64,000 nucleotides of DNA from Utricularia gibba (GCA_002189035.1 NEEC01000163.1:20522-84521), one strand, 5' to 3'; counted from the stretch's first letter, positions 39,801 through 54,400 are shown. The notes: a model not told the origin generated them from the sequence alone. Translations and numbers: made by a program.

Positions 39801-41039
39801 TGGGAGCTTGCCCATCCGAAAAGTTCGAAGCTCGGATGGCCCTATATAAGCCTTGAATGGTGTCACAAAATGGCCTAGCCATTGGGGACGTTGCGACTCG
39901 TTTGCTCGTTTTTATGCGAAAATTATTCTCGGCTTGCGAAACACGCGTGATTCGTTAATATATGTCAAAATCTTGAATTTCGCGCATTCTCATGCGTTTC
40001 TCGAGTGTGCTCGGCCCGGGAATTCCTACATTAAGGGGTGGCCTCGCGCAGCCTTCGCCATTGACGCCACATCGTCCAAACCGTTTAGAGTCACGCGACA
40101 CACAGCATACCGTTTCGAAGCTCATTCTGAGACGCGTTTTTCGTGTTGGGAGCTTGCCCATCCGAGGAAAGTTCGAAGCTCGAAGGATGGCCCTATATAG
40201 CCTTCAATGGTGTCACAAAATGGCTAGCCATTGGGGACGTTGCGACTCCTTTGCTCGTTTTTATGCGAAAACTCGGCTTGCGAAACACGCGTGATTCGTT
40301 AATATATGTCAAAATCTTGAATTTCGCGGCATTCTCATGCGTTTCTCGGGTGTGCTCGGGCCCCGGGACTTCCTACACCAAGGGGTGGCCTCGCGCAGCC
40401 TTCGCCATTGACGCCACATCGTCCAAACCGTTTAGAGTCACGCGACACACAGCATACCGTTTCGAAGCTCATTCTGAGACGATCGTTTTTCGTGTTGGGA
40501 GTCGCCCATCCGAGGAAAGTTCGAAGCTCGAGGATGGCCCTATATTAAGCCTTGAATGGTGTCACAAATGGTCTAGCCATTGGGGACGTTGCGACTCCTT
40601 TGCTCGTTTTTATGCGAAAATTGTCTCGGATTGCGAAACACGCGTGATTCGTTAATATATGTCAAAATCTTGAATTTCGCGGCATTCTCATGCGTTTCTA
40701 CGGGTGTGCTCGGGCCTGGGACTTCCTACACCAAGGGGTGGCCTCGCGCAGCCTGCATTGACGCCACATCGTCCAAACCGTTTAGAGTCACGCGACACAC
40801 AGCATACCGTTTCGAAGCTCATTCTGAGACGATCGTTTTTCGTGTTGGGAGTCGCCCATCCGAGGAAAGTTCGAAGCTCGAAGGATGGCCCTATATAGCC
40901 TTGAATGGTGTCACAAAATGGTCTAGCCATTGGGGACATTGCGACTCCTTTGCTCGTTTTTATGCGAAAATTATTCTCGGATTGCGAAACACGCGTGATT
41001 CGTTAATATATGTCAAAATCTTGAATTTCGCGCATTCTC
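36823..41039 (+). repeat. Local higher-order repeat: three copies of a 4-monomer block (~1410 bp)
   Basis: Blocks start at 36823, 38236 and 39644. The second unit of each block carries GA(A)GG + TTCAATG, and the third carries GAGACGATCG + AGTCGCCC + GGTCTAG. Confidence 0.65.
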
Positions 41040-42801
41040 ATGCGTTTCTCCGGTGTGCTCGGGCCTGGGAATTCCTACAAAGGGGTGGCCTCGCGCAGCC
41101 TTCGCCATTGACGCCACATCGTCCAAACCGTTTAGAGTCACGCGACACACAGCATACCGTTTCGAAGCTCATTCTGAGACGATCGTTTTTCGTGTTGGGA
41201 GTCGCCCATCCGAGGAAAGTTCGAAGCTCGACGGATGGCCCTATATAAGCCTTGAATGGTGTCACAAAATGGCCTAGCCATTGGGGACGTTGCGACTCCT
41301 TTGCTCGTTTTTATGCGAAAATTGTTCTCGGATTGCGAAACACGCGTGATTCGTTAATATATGTCAAAATCTGAATTTCGCGGCATTCTCATGCGTTTCT
41401 AGGTGTGCTCGGGTGGGAATTCCTACACCAAGGGGTGGCCTCGCGCAGCCTTCGCCATTGACGCCACATCGTCCAAACCGTTTAGAGTCACGCGACACAC
41501 AGCATACCGTTTCGAAGCTCATTCTGAGACGATCGTTTTTCGTGTTGGGAGTCGCCCATCCGAGGAAAGTTCGAAGCTCGACGGATGGCCCTATATAAGC
41601 CTTGAATGTGTCACAAAATGGCCTAGCCATTGGGGACGTTGGGACTCGTTTGCTCGTTTTTATGCGAAAATAATCTCGGCTTGCGAAACACGCGTGATTC
41701 GTTAATATATGTCAAAATCTTGAATTTCGCGGCATTCTCATGCGTTTCTCGAGTGTGCTCGGGCCCTGGGAATTCCTACACCAAGGGGTGGCCTCGCGCA
41801 GCCTTCGCCATTGACGCCACATCGTCCAAACCGTTTAGAGTCACGCGACACACAGCATACCGTTTCGAAGCTCATTCTGAGACGATCGTTTTTCGTGTTG
41901 GGAGTTCGCCCATCCGAGGAAAGTTCGAAGCTCGACGGATGGCCCTATATAAGCCTTGAATGGTGTCACAAAATGGCTAGCCATTGGGGACGTTGCGACT
42001 CGTTTGCTCGTTTTTATGCGAAAATTATTCTCGGCTTGCGAAACACGCGTGATTCGTTAATATATGTCAAAATCTTGAATTTCGCGGCATTCTCATGCGT
42101 TTCTCCGAGTGTGCTCGGGCCCTGGGAATTCCTACATTAAGGGGTGGCCTCGCGCAGCCTTCGCCATTGACGCCACATCGTCCAAACCGTTTAGAGTCAC
42201 GCGACACACAGCATACCGTTTCGAAGCTCATTCCGAGACGGTCGTTTTTCGTGTTGGGAGTTGCCCATCCGAGGAAAGTTCGAAGCTCGAAGGATGGCCT
42301 TATATTAGCCTTCAATGGTGTCACAAAATGGCTAGCCATTGGGGACGTTGCGACTCCTTTGCTCGTTTTTATGCGAAAATTATTCTCGGCTTGCGAAACA
42401 CGCGTGATTCGTTAATATATGTCAAAATCTTGAATTTCGCGGCATTCTCATGCGTTTCTCGGGTGTGCTCGGGCCGGGACTTCCTACACCAAGGGGTGGC
42501 CTCGCGCAGCCTTCGCCATTGACGCCACATCGTCCAAACCGTTTAGAGTCACGCGACACACAGCATACCGTTTCGAAGCTCATTCTGAGACGGTCGTTTT
42601 TCGTGTTGGGAGTTCGCCCATCCGAGGAAAGTTCGAAGCTCGAAGGATGGCCCTATATAAGCCTTGAATGGTGTCACAAAATGGTCTAGCCATTGGGGAC
42701 ATTGACTCCTTTGCTCGTTTTTATGCGAAAATTATTCTCGGCTTGCGAAACACGCGTGATTCGTTAATATATGTCAAAATCTTGAATTTCGCGGCATTCT
42801 C

Positions 42802-44895
42802 ATGCGTTTCTCGTGTGCTCGGGCCCTGGGAATTCCTACATTAAGGGGTGGCCTCGCGCAGCCTTCGCCATTGACGCCACATCGTCCAAACCGTTTAGAG
42901 TCACGCGACACACAGCATACCGTTTCGAAGCTCATTCCGAGACGGTCGTTTTTCGTGTTGGGAGTTCGCCCATCCGAGGAAAGTTCGAAGCTCGACGGAT
43001 GGCCCTATATAAGCCTTGAATGGTGTCACAAAATGGCCTAGCCATTGGGGACGTTGCGACTCGTTTGCTCGTTTTTATGCGAAAATAATCTCGGCTTGCG
43101 AAACACGCGTGATTCGTTAATATATGTCAAAATCTTGAATTTCGCGGCATTCTCATGCGTTTCTCGTGTGCTCGGGCCCTGGGACTTCCTACACCAAGGG
43201 GTGGCCTCGCGCAGCCTTCGCCATTGACGCCACATCGTCCAAAACCGTTTAGAGTCACGCGACACACAGCATACCGTTTCGAAGCTCATTCGAGACGGTC
43301 GTTTTTTGTGTTGGGAGCGCCCATCCGAGAAAAGTTCGAAGCTCGAAGGATGGCCCTATATAAGCCTTGAATGGTGTCACAAAATGGCCTAGCCATTGGG
43401 GACGTTGGGACTCCTTTGCTCGTTTTTATGCGAAAATTTTTCTCGGCTTGCGAAACACGCGCGTGATTCGTTAATATATGTCAAAATCTTGAATTTCGCG
43501 GCATTCTCATGCGTTTCTCCGAGTGTGCTCGGGCCCTGGGATTCCTACATTAAGGGGTGGCCTCGCGCAGCCTTCGCCATTGACGCCACATCGTCCAAAC
43601 CGTTTAGAGTCACGCGACACACAGCATACCGTTTCGAAGCTCATTCCGAGACGGTCGTTTTTCGTGTTGGGAGTTCGCCCATCCGAGGAAAGTTCGAAGC
43701 TCGACGGATGGCCCTATATTAAGCCTTGAATGGTGTCACAAAATGGCTAGCCATTGGGGACGTTGGACTCGTTTGCTCGTTTTTATGCGAAAACTAATCT
43801 CGGCTTGCGAAACACGCGTGATTCGTTAATATATGTCAAAATCTTGAATTTCGCGGCATTCTCATGCGTTTCTCGTGTGCTCGGGCCCTGGGACTTCCTA
43901 CACCAAGGGGTGGCCTCGCGCAGCCTTCGCAATTGACGCCACATCGTCCAAACCGTTTAGAGTCACGCGACACACAGCATACCGTTTCGAAGCTCATTCT
44001 GAGACGATCGTTTTTTCGTGTTGGGCGCCCATCCGAAAAGTTCGAAGCTCGAAGGATGGCCCTATATAAGCCTTCAATGGTGTCACAAAATGGCCTAGCC
44101 ATTGGGGAACTCGTTTGCTCTTTTTATGCGAAAATTGTTCTCGGCTTGCGAAACACGCGTGATTCGTTAATATATGTCAAAATCTTGAATTTCGGCATTC
44201 TCATGCGTTTCTAGTGTGCTCGGGCCCTGGGAATTCCTACATTAAGGGGTGGCCTCGCGCAGCCTTCGCCATTGACGCCACATCGTCCAAACCGTTTAGA
44301 GTCACGCGACACACAGCATACCGTTTCGAAGCTCATTCTGAGACGGTCGTTTTTCGTGTTGGGAGTTCGCCCATCCGAGGAAAGTTCGAAGCTCGAAGGA
44401 TGGCCCTATATTAGCCTTGAATGGTGTCAAAAATGGCCTAGCCATTGGGGACGTTGCGACTCCTTTGCTCGTTTTTATGCGAAAATTCTCGGCTTGCGAA
44501 ACACGCGTGATTCGTTAATATATGTCAAAATCTTGAATTTCGCGGCATTCATGCGTTTCTCGGTGTGCTCGGCCCTGGGACTTCCTACACCAAGGGGTGG
44601 CCTCGCGCAGCCTTCGCCATTGACGCCACATCGTCCAAACCGTTTAGAGTCACGCGACACACAGCATACCGTTTCGAAGCTCATTCCGAGACGGTCGTTT
44701 TTGTGTTGGAGCGCCCATCCGAAAAGTTCGAAGCTCGGGATGGCCCTATATAAGCCTTGAATGGTGTCACAAAATGGCCTAGCCATTGGGGACGTTGGGA
44801 CTCTTTGCTCGTTTTTATGCGAAAATTATTCTCGGCTTGCGAAACACGCGTGATTCGTTAATATATGTCAAAATCTTGAATTTCGCGGCATTCTC
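42802..44895 (+). repeat. Local higher-order repeat: three copies of an A-B dimer (~690-710 bp)
   Basis: Strict A/B alternation. The B units (43155, 43864, 44551) share GCGCCCATCCGA(G)AAAAG, and the A units share GAGACGGTCG + GAGTTCGCCC. Confidence 0.7.
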
Positions 44896-45159
44896 ATGCG
44901 TTTCTCGTGTGCTCGGGCCCTGGGAATTCCTACATTAAGGGGTGGCCTCGCGCAGCCTTCGCCATTGACGCCACATCGTCCAAACGTTTAGAGTCACGCG
45001 ACACACAGCATACCGTTTCGAAGCTCATTCTGAGACGATCGTTTTTCGTGTTGGGAGTCGCCCATCCGAGGAAAGTTCGAAGCTCGAAGGATGGCCCTAT
45101 TAGCCTTGAATGGTGTCACAAATGGTCTAGCCATTGGGGACGTTGCGACTCCTTTGCTC

Positions 45160-45400
45160 GTTTTTATGCGAAAATATTGCGATTGCGACCGTGATTCGTT
45201 AATATATGTCAAAATCTTGAATTTCGCGGCATTCTCATGCGTTTCTAAGTGTGCTCGGGGGGAATTCCTACACCAAGGGGTGGCCTCGCGCAGCCTTCGC
45301 CATTGACGCCACATCGTCCAAACCGTTTAGAGTCACGCGACACAGCATACGTTTCGAAGCTCATTCTGAGACGATCGTTTTTCGTGTTGGGAGAGGAAAG
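45160..45400 (+). other. Degenerate patch across two monomers
   Basis: The reads AAATATTGCGATTGCGACCGTG, CTCGGGGGGAATTC and GGGAGAGGAAAG each differ from consensus by deletions. Confidence 0.75.
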
Positions 45401-48400
45401 TTCGAAGCTCGAAGGATGGCCTTATATTAGCCTTCAATGGTGTCAAAAATGGTCTAGCCATTGGGGACATTGCGACTCCTTTGCTCGTTTTTATGCGAAA
45501 ATTATTCTCGGATTGCGAAACACGCGTGATTCGTTAATATATGTCAAAATCTTGAATTTCGCGCATTCTCATGCGTTTCTCGGTGTGCTCGGGCCCTGGG
45601 ATTCCTACATAAGGGGTGGCCTCGCGCAGCCTTCGCCATTGACGCCACATCGTCCAAACCGTTTAGAGTCACGCGACACACAGCATACCGTTTCGAAGCT
45701 CATTCTGAGACGATCGTTTTTCGTGTTGGGAGTCGCCCATCCGAGGAAAGTTCGAAGCTCGACGGATGGCCCTATATAAGCCTTGAATGGTGTCACAAAA
45801 TGGCCTAGCCATTGGGGACTTGCGACTCCTTTGCTCGTTTTTATGCGAAAATTGTTCTCGGCTTGCGAAACACGCGTGATTCGTTAATATATGTCAAAAT
45901 CTTGAATTTCGCGGCATTCTCATGCGTTTCTCCGAGTGTGCTCGGGCCGGGAATTCCTACACCAAGGGGTGGCCTCGCGCAGCCTTCGCCATTGACGCCA
46001 ATCGTCCAAACCGTTTAGAGTCACGCGACACACAGCATACCGTTTCGAAGCTCATTCTGAGACGATCGTTTTTCGTGTTGGGACGCCCATCCGAGGAAAG
46101 TTCGAAGCTCGACGGATGGCCCTATATAAGCAAATGGTGTCACAAAATGGCCTAGCCATTGGGGACGTTGCGACTCGTTTGCTCGTTTTTATGCGAAAAT
46201 AATCTCGGCTTGCGAAACACGCGTGATTCGTTAATATATGTCAAAATCTTGAATTTCGCGGCATTCTCATGCGTTTCTCGGTGTGCTCGGGCCCTGGGAC
46301 TTCCTACACCAAGGGGTGGCCTCGCGCAGCCTTCGCATTGACGCCACATCGTCCAAACCGTTTAGAGTCACGCGACACACAGCATACCGTTTCGAAGCTC
46401 ATTCTGAGACGATCGTTTTTCGTGTTGGAAGTTCGCCCATCCGAGGAAAGTTCGAAGCTCGACGGATGGCCTATATAAGCCTTGAATGGTGTCACAAAAT
46501 GGCCTAGCCATTGGGGACGTTTCGTTTGCTCGTTTTTATGCGAAAATCTCGGCTTGCGAAACACGCGTGATTCGTTAATATATGTCAAAATCTTGAATTT
46601 CGCGGCATTCTCATGCGTTTCTCGAGTGTGCTCGGGCCCTGGGAATTCCTACACCAAGGGGTGGCCTCGCGCAGCCTTCGCCATTGACGCCACATCGTCC
46701 AAACCGTTTAGAGTCACGCGACACACAGCATACCGTTTCGAAGCTCATTCCGAGACGGTCGTTTTTCGTGTTGGGAGCTTGCCCATCCGAGGAAAGTTCG
46801 AAGCTCGAAGGATGGCCTTATAAGCCTTCAATGGTGTCACAAAATGGTCTAGCCATTGGGGACATTGCGACTCCTTTGCTCGTTTTTATGCGAAAATTAT
46901 TCTCGGATTGCGAAACACGCGTGATTCGTTAATATATGTCAAAATCTTGAATTTCGCGGCATTCTCATGCGTTTCTCGGGTGTGCTCGGGCCCTGGGACT
47001 TCCTACACCAAGGGGTGGCCTCGCGCAGCCTTCGCATTGACGCCACATCGTCCAAACCGTTTAGAGTCACGCGACACACAGCATACCGTTTCGAAGCTCA
47101 TTCTGAGACGATCGTTTTTCGTGTTGGGAGTTGCCCATCCGAGGAAAGTTCGAAGCTCGACGGATGGCCTATATAAGCCTTGAATGGTGTCACAAAATGG
47201 CTAGCCATTGGGGACTTGACTCCTTTGCTCGTTTTTATGCGAAAATTATTCTCGGATTGCGAAACACGCGTGATTCGTTAATATATGTCAAAATCTTGAA
47301 TTTCGCGGCATTCTCATGCGTTTCTCCGTGTGCTCGGGCCCTGGGAATTCCTACATTAAGGGGTGGCCTCGCGCAGCCTTCGCCATTGACGCCACATCGT
47401 CCAAACCGTTTAGAGTCACGCGACACACAGCATACCGTTTCGAAGCTCATTCTGAGACGGTCGTTTTTCGTGTTGGGAGTTCGCCCATCCGAGGAAAGTT
47501 CGAAGCTCGACGGATGGCCCTATATAAGCCTTGAATGGTGTCACAAAATGGCTAGCCATTGGGGACTTGGGACTCGTTTGCTCGTTTTTATGCGAAAATA
47601 TCTCGGCTTGCGAAACACGCGTGATTCGTTAATATATGTCAAAATCTTGAATTTCGCGGCATTCTCATGCGTTTCTAGTGTGCTCGGGCCCTGGGAATTC
47701 CTACATTAAGGGGTGGCCTCGCGCAGCCTTCGCCATTGACGCCACATCGTCCAAACCGTTTAGAGTCACGCGACACACAGCATACCGTTTCGAAGCTCAT
47801 TCTGAGACGATCGTTTTTCGTGTTGGGAGCGCCCATCCGAGGAAAGTTCGAAGCTCGAAGGATGGCCTTATATAAGCCTTGAATGGTGTCACAAAATGGT
47901 CTAGCCATTGGGGACGTTGCGACTCCTTTGCTCGTTTTTATGCGAAAATTATTCTCGGCTTCGCGAAACACGCGTGATTCGTTAATATATGTCAAAATCT
48001 TGAATTTCGCGGCATTCTCATGCGTTTCTCCGAGTGTGCTCGGGCCCTGGAATTCCTACATTAAGGGGTGGCCTCGCGCAGCCTTCGCCATTGACGCCAC
48101 ATCGTCCAAACCGTTTAGAGTCACGCGACACACAGCATACCGTTTCGAAGCTCATTCTGAGACGATCGTTTTTCGTGTTGGGAGTCGCCCATCCGAGGAA
48201 AGTTCGAAGCTCGACGGATGGCCCTATATAAGCCTTGAATGGTGTCACAAAATGGCCTAGCCATTGGGGACGTTGCGACTCCTTTGCTCGTTTTTATGCG
48301 AAAATTTTCTCGGCTTGCGAAACACGCGTGATTCGTTAATATATGTCAAAATCTTGAATTTCGCGGCATTCTCATGCGTTTCTAAGTGTGCTCGGGCCCG

Positions 48401-51400
48401 GGACTTCCTACACCAAGGGGTGGCCTCGCGCAGCCTTCGCCATTGACGCCACATCGTCCAAACCGTTTAGAGTCACGCGACACACAGCATACCGTTTCGA
48501 AGCTCATTCTGAGACGATCGTTTTTCGTGTTGGGAGTTCGCCCATCCGAGGAAAGTTCGAAGCTCGACGGATGGCCCTATATAAGCCTTGAATGGTGTCA
48601 CAAATGGCGCCATTGGGGACGCGACTCCTTTGCTCGTTTTTATGCGAAAATTATTCTCGGCTTGCGAAACACGCGTGATTCGTTAATATATGTCAAAATC
48701 TTGAATTTCGCGGCATTCTCATGCGTTTCTACGGTGTGCTCGGGCCGGGACTTCCTACACCAAGGGGTGGCCTCGCGCAGCCTTCGCCATTGACGCCACA
48801 TCGTCCAAACCGTTTAGAGTCACGCGACACACAGCATACCGTTTCGAAGCTCATTCTGAGACGATCGTTTTTCGTGTTGGGAGTTCGCCCATCCGAGGAA
48901 AGTTCGAAGCTCGACGGATGGCCCTATATAAGCCTTGAATGGTGTCACAAAATGGCCTAGCCATTGGGGACGTTGGGACTCCTTTGCTCGTTTTTATGCG
49001 AAAATTGTTCTCGGCTTGCGAAACACGCGTGATTCGTTAATATATGTCAAAATCTTGAATTTCGCGGCATTCTCATGCGTTTCTCCGAGTGTGCTCGGGC
49101 CCTGGGAATTCCTACACCAAGGGGTGGCCTCGCGCAGCCTTCGCCATTGACGCCACATCGTCCAAACCGTTTAGAGTCACGCGACACACAGCATACCGTT
49201 TCGAAGCTCATTCTGAGACGATCGTTTTTCGTGTTGGGAGTTCGCCCATCCGAGGAAAGTTCGAAGCTCGACGGATGGCCCTATATTAAGCCTTGAATGG
49301 TGTCACAAAATGGCCTAGCCATTGGGGACGTTGCGACTCCTTTGCTCGTTTTTATGCGAAAATTATTCTCGGATTGCGAAACACGCGTGATTCGTTAATA
49401 TATGTCAAAATCTTGAATTTCGCGGCATTCTCATGCGTTTCTCGGGTGTGCTCGGGCCGGGAATTCCTACACCAAGGGGTGGCCTCGCGCAGCCTTCGCC
49501 ATTGACGCCACATCGTCCAAACCGTTTAGAGTCACGCGACACACAGCATACCGTTTCGAAGCTCATTCTGAGACGATCGTTTTTCGTGTTGGGAGTTCGC
49601 CCATCCGAGGAAAGTTCGAAGCTCGACGGATGGCCCTATATAAGCCTTGAATGGTGTCACAAAATGGCCTAGCCATTGGGGACGTTGCGACTCGTTTGCT
49701 CGTTTTTATGCGAAAATTGTTCTCGGCTTGCGAAACACGCGTGATTCGTTAATATATGTCAAAATCTTGAATTTCGCGGCATTCTCATGCGTTTCTCCGG
49801 TGTGCTCGGGCCCTGGGACTTCCTACACAAGGGGTGGCCTCGCGCAGCCTTCGCCATTGACGCCACATCGTCCAAACCGTTTAGAGTCACGCGACACACA
49901 GCATACCGTTTCGAAGCTCATTCCGAGACGGTCGTTTTTCGTGTTGGGAGTTGCCCATCCGAGGAAAGTTCGAAGCTCGAAGGATGGCCCTATATAGCCT
50001 TGAATGGTGTCACAAAATGGTCTAGCCATTGGGGACGTTGGGACTCCTTTGCTCGTTTTTATGCGAAAATTTCTCGGCTTGCGAAACACGCGTGATTCGT
50101 TAATATATGTCAAAATCTTGAATTTCGCGGCATTCTCATGCGTTTCTCGGGTGTGCTCGGGCCCTGGGAATTCCTACACCAAGGGGTGGCCTCGCGCAGC
50201 CTTCGCCATTGACGCCACATCGTCCAAACCGTTTAGAGTCACGCGACACACAGCATACCGTTTCGAAGCTCATTCTGAGACGATCGTTTTTCGTGTTGGG
50301 AGTTCGCCCATCCGAGGAAAGTTCGAAGCTCGACGGATGGCCCTATATAAGCCTTGAATGGTGTCACAAAATGGTCTAGCCATTGGGACATTGCGACTCC
50401 TTTGCTCGTTTTTATGCGAAAATTATTCTCGGCTTGCGAAACACGCGTGATTCGTTAATATATGTCAAAATCTTGAATTTCGCGGCATTCTCATGCGTTT
50501 CTCCGAGTGTGCTCGGGCCCGGAATTCCTACATTAAGGGGTGGCCTCGCGCAGCCTTCGCCATTGACGCCACATCGTCCAAACCGTTTAGAGTCACGCGA
50601 CACACAGCATACCGTTTCGAAGCTCATTCTGAGACGATCGTTTTTCGTGTTGGGAGTTCGCCCATCCGAGGAAAGTTCGAAGCTCGACGGATGGCCCTAT
50701 ATAAGCCTTGAATGGTGTCACAAAATGGCCTAGCCATTGGGGACGTTGCGACTCCTTTGCTCGTTTTTATGCGAAAATTTCTCGGCTTGCGAAACACGCG
50801 TGATTCGTTAATATATGTCAAAATCTTGAATTTCGCGGCATTCTCATGCGTTTCTCGGTGTGCTCGGGCCCTGGGACTTCCTACACCAAGGGGTGGCCTC
50901 GCGCAGCCTTCGCCATTGACGCCACATCGTCCAAAACCGTTTAGAGTCACGCGACACACAGCATACCGTTTCGAAGCTCATTCTGAGACGGTCGTTTTTC
51001 GTGTTGGGAGTTGCCCATCCGAGGAAAGTTCGAAGCTCGAAGGATGGCCCTATATAAGCCTTGAATGGTGTCACAAAATGGCCTAGCCATTGGGGACGTT
51101 GCGACTCGTTTGCTCGTTTTTATGCGAAAATTTTCTCGGATTGCGAAACACGCGTGATTCGTTAATATATGTCAAAATCTTGAATTTCGCGGCATTCTCA
51201 TGCGTTTCTCCGAGTGTGCTCGGGCCCTGGGAATTCCTACATTAAGGGGTGGCCTCGCGCAGCCTTCGCCATTGACGCCACATCGTCCAAACCGTTTAGA
51301 GTCACGCGACACACAGCATACCGTTTCGAAGCTCATTCTGAGACGGTCGTTTTTCGTGTTGGAGTTCGCCATCCGAGGAAAGTTCGAAGCTCGAAGGATG

Positions 51401-54400
51401 GCCCTATATAAGCCTTCAATGGTGTCACAAAATGGCTAGCCATTGGGGACGTTGCGACTCGTTTGCTCGTTTTTATGCGAAAATTATTCTCGGCTTGCGA
51501 AACACGCGTGATTCGTTAATATATGTCAAAATCTTGAATTTCGCGGCATTCTCATGCGTTTCTCCGAGTGTGCTCGGGCCCTGGGAATTCCTACATTAAG
51601 GGGTGGCCTCGCGCAGCCTTCGCCATTGACGCCACATCGTCCAAACCGTTTAGAGTCACGCGACACACAGCATACCGTTTCGAAGCTCATTCTGAGACGA
51701 TCGTTTTTCGTGTTGGGAGTTCGCCCATCCGAGGAAAGTTCGAAGCTCGACGGATGGCCTATATAAGCCTTGAATGGTGTCACAAAATGGCCTAGCCATT
51801 GGGGACGTTGGGACTCCTTTGCTCGTTTTTATGCGAAAATTGTTCTCGGCTTGCGAAACACGCGTGATTCGTTAATATATGTCAAAATCTTGAATTTCGC
51901 GGCATTCTCATGCGTTTCTCCGAGTGTGCTCGGGCCCTGGGAATTCCTACATTAAGGGGTGGCCTCGCGCAGCCTTCGCCATTGACGCCACATCGTCCAA
52001 ACCGTTTAGAGTCACGCGACACACAGCATACCGTTTCGAAGCTCATTCTGAGACGGTCGTTTTTCGTGTTGGGAGTCGCCCATCCGAGGAAAGTTCGAAG
52101 CTCGACGGATGGCCCTATATAAGCCTTGAATGGTGTCACAAAATGGCCTAGCCATTGGGGACGTTGCGACTCCTTTGCTCGTTTTTATGCGAAAATTTTT
52201 CTCGGCTTGCGAAACACGCGTGATTCGTTAATATATGTCAAAATCTTGAATTTCGCGGCATTCTCATGCGTTTCTCGGTGTGCTCGGGCCCTGGGACTTC
52301 CTACACCAAGGGGTGGCCTCGCGCAGCCTTCGCCATTGACGCCACATCGTCCAAACCGTTTAGAGTCACGCGACACACAGCATACCGTTTCGAAGCTCAT
52401 TCTGAGACGGTCGTTTTTCGTGTTGGGAGTTTGCCCATCCGAGGAAAGTTCGAAGCTCGAAGGATGGCCCTATATAAGCCTTCAATGGTGTCACAAAATG
52501 GTCTAGCCATTGGGGACGTTGCGACTCCTTTGCTCGTTTTTATGCGAAAATTTTCTCGGCTTGCGAAACACGCGTGATTCGTTAATATATGTCAAAATCT
52601 TGAATTTCGCGGCATTCTCATGCGTTTCTCCGAGTGTGCTCGGGCCCTGGGAATTCCTACATTAAGGGGTGGCCTCGCGCAGCCTTCGCCATTGACGCCA
52701 CATCGTCCAAACCGTTTAGAGTCACGCGACACACAGCATACCGTTTCGAAGCTCATTCTGAGACGGTCGTTTTTCGTGTTGGGTTGCCCATCCGAGGAAA
52801 GTTCGAAGCTCGAAGGATGGCCTTATATAGCCTTCAATGGTGTCACAAAATGGCTAGCCATTGGGGACGTTGCGACTCCTTTGCTCGTTTTTATGCGAAA
52901 ATTATTCTCGGCTTGCGAAACACGCGTGATTCGTTAATATATGTCAAAATCTTGAATTTCGCGGCATTCTCATGCGTTTCTCCGTGTGCTCGGCCCTGGG
53001 AATTCCTACACCAAGGGGTGGCCTCGCGCAGCCTTCGCCATTGACGCCACATCGTCCAAACCGTTTAGAGTCACGCGACACACAGCATACCGTTTCGAAG
53101 CTCATTCCGAGACGATCGTTTTTCGTGTTGGGAGTTCGCCCATCCGAGGAAAGTTCGAAGCTCGAAGGATGGCCCTATATTAGCCTTGAATGGTGTCACA
53201 AAATGGTTAGCCATTGGGGACGTTGCGACTCGTTTGCTCGTTTTTATGCGAAAATTATTCTCGGCTTGCGAAACACGCGTGATTCGTTAATATATGTCAA
53301 AATCTTGAATTTCGCGGCATTCTCATGCGTTTCTCCGAGTGTGCTCGGGCCCTGGGAATTCCTACATTAGGGGTGGCCTCGCGCAGCCTTCGCCATTGAC
53401 GCCACATCGTCCAAACCGTTTAGAGTCACGCGACACACAGCATACCGTTTCGAAGCTCATTCTGAGACGATCGTTTTTCGTGTTGGGAGTCGCCCATCCG
53501 AGGAAAGTTCGAAGCTCGACGGATGGCCTATATAAGCCTTGAATGGTGTCACAAAATGGCCTAGCCATTGGGGACGTTGCGACTCCTTTGCTCGTTTTTA
53601 TGCGAAAATTTTCTCGGCTTGCGAAACACGCGTGATTCGTTAATATATGTCAAAATCTTGAATTTCGCGGCATTCTCATGCGTTTCTCCGGGTGTGCTCG
53701 GGCCGGGAATTCCTACACCAAGGGGTGGCCTCGCGCAGCCTTCGCCATTGACGCCACATCGTCCAAACCGTTTAGAGTCACGCGACACACAGCATACCGT
53801 TTCGAAGCTCATTCTGAGACGATCGTTTTTCGTGTTGGGAGTCGCCCATCCGAGGAAAGTTCGAAGCTCGACGGATGGCCCTATATAAGCCTTGAATGGT
53901 GTCACAAAATGGCCTAGCCATTGGGGACGTTGCGACTCCTTTGCTCGTTTTTATGCGAAAATTGTTCTCGGCTTGCGAAACACGCGTGATTCGTTAATAT
54001 ATGTCAAAATCTTGAATTTCGCGGCATTCTCATGCGTTTCTCCGAGTGTGCTCGGGCCCTGGGAATTCCTACACCAAGGGGTGGCCTCGCGCAGCCTTCG
54101 CCATTGACGCCACATCGTCCAAACCGTTTAGAGTCACGCGACACACAGCATACCGTTTCGAAGCTCATTCTGAGACGGTCGTTTTTCGTGTTGGGAGTTG
54201 CCCATCCGAGGAAAGTTCGAAGCTCGAAGGATGGCCTTATATAGCCTTCAATGGTGTCACAAAATGGCTAGCCATTGGGGACGTTGCGACTCCTTTGCTC
54301 GTTTTTATGCGAAAATTATTCTCGGCTTGCGAAACACGCGTGATTCGTTAATATATGTCAAAATCTTGAATTTCGCGGCATTCTCATGCGTTTCTCGAGT

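Noticed and set aside
19641-52265. Regular 23-monomer (~8.1 kb) higher-order repeat
   Set aside because: One rare variant shows this spacing, but the A/H/B order does not repeat at offset 23.
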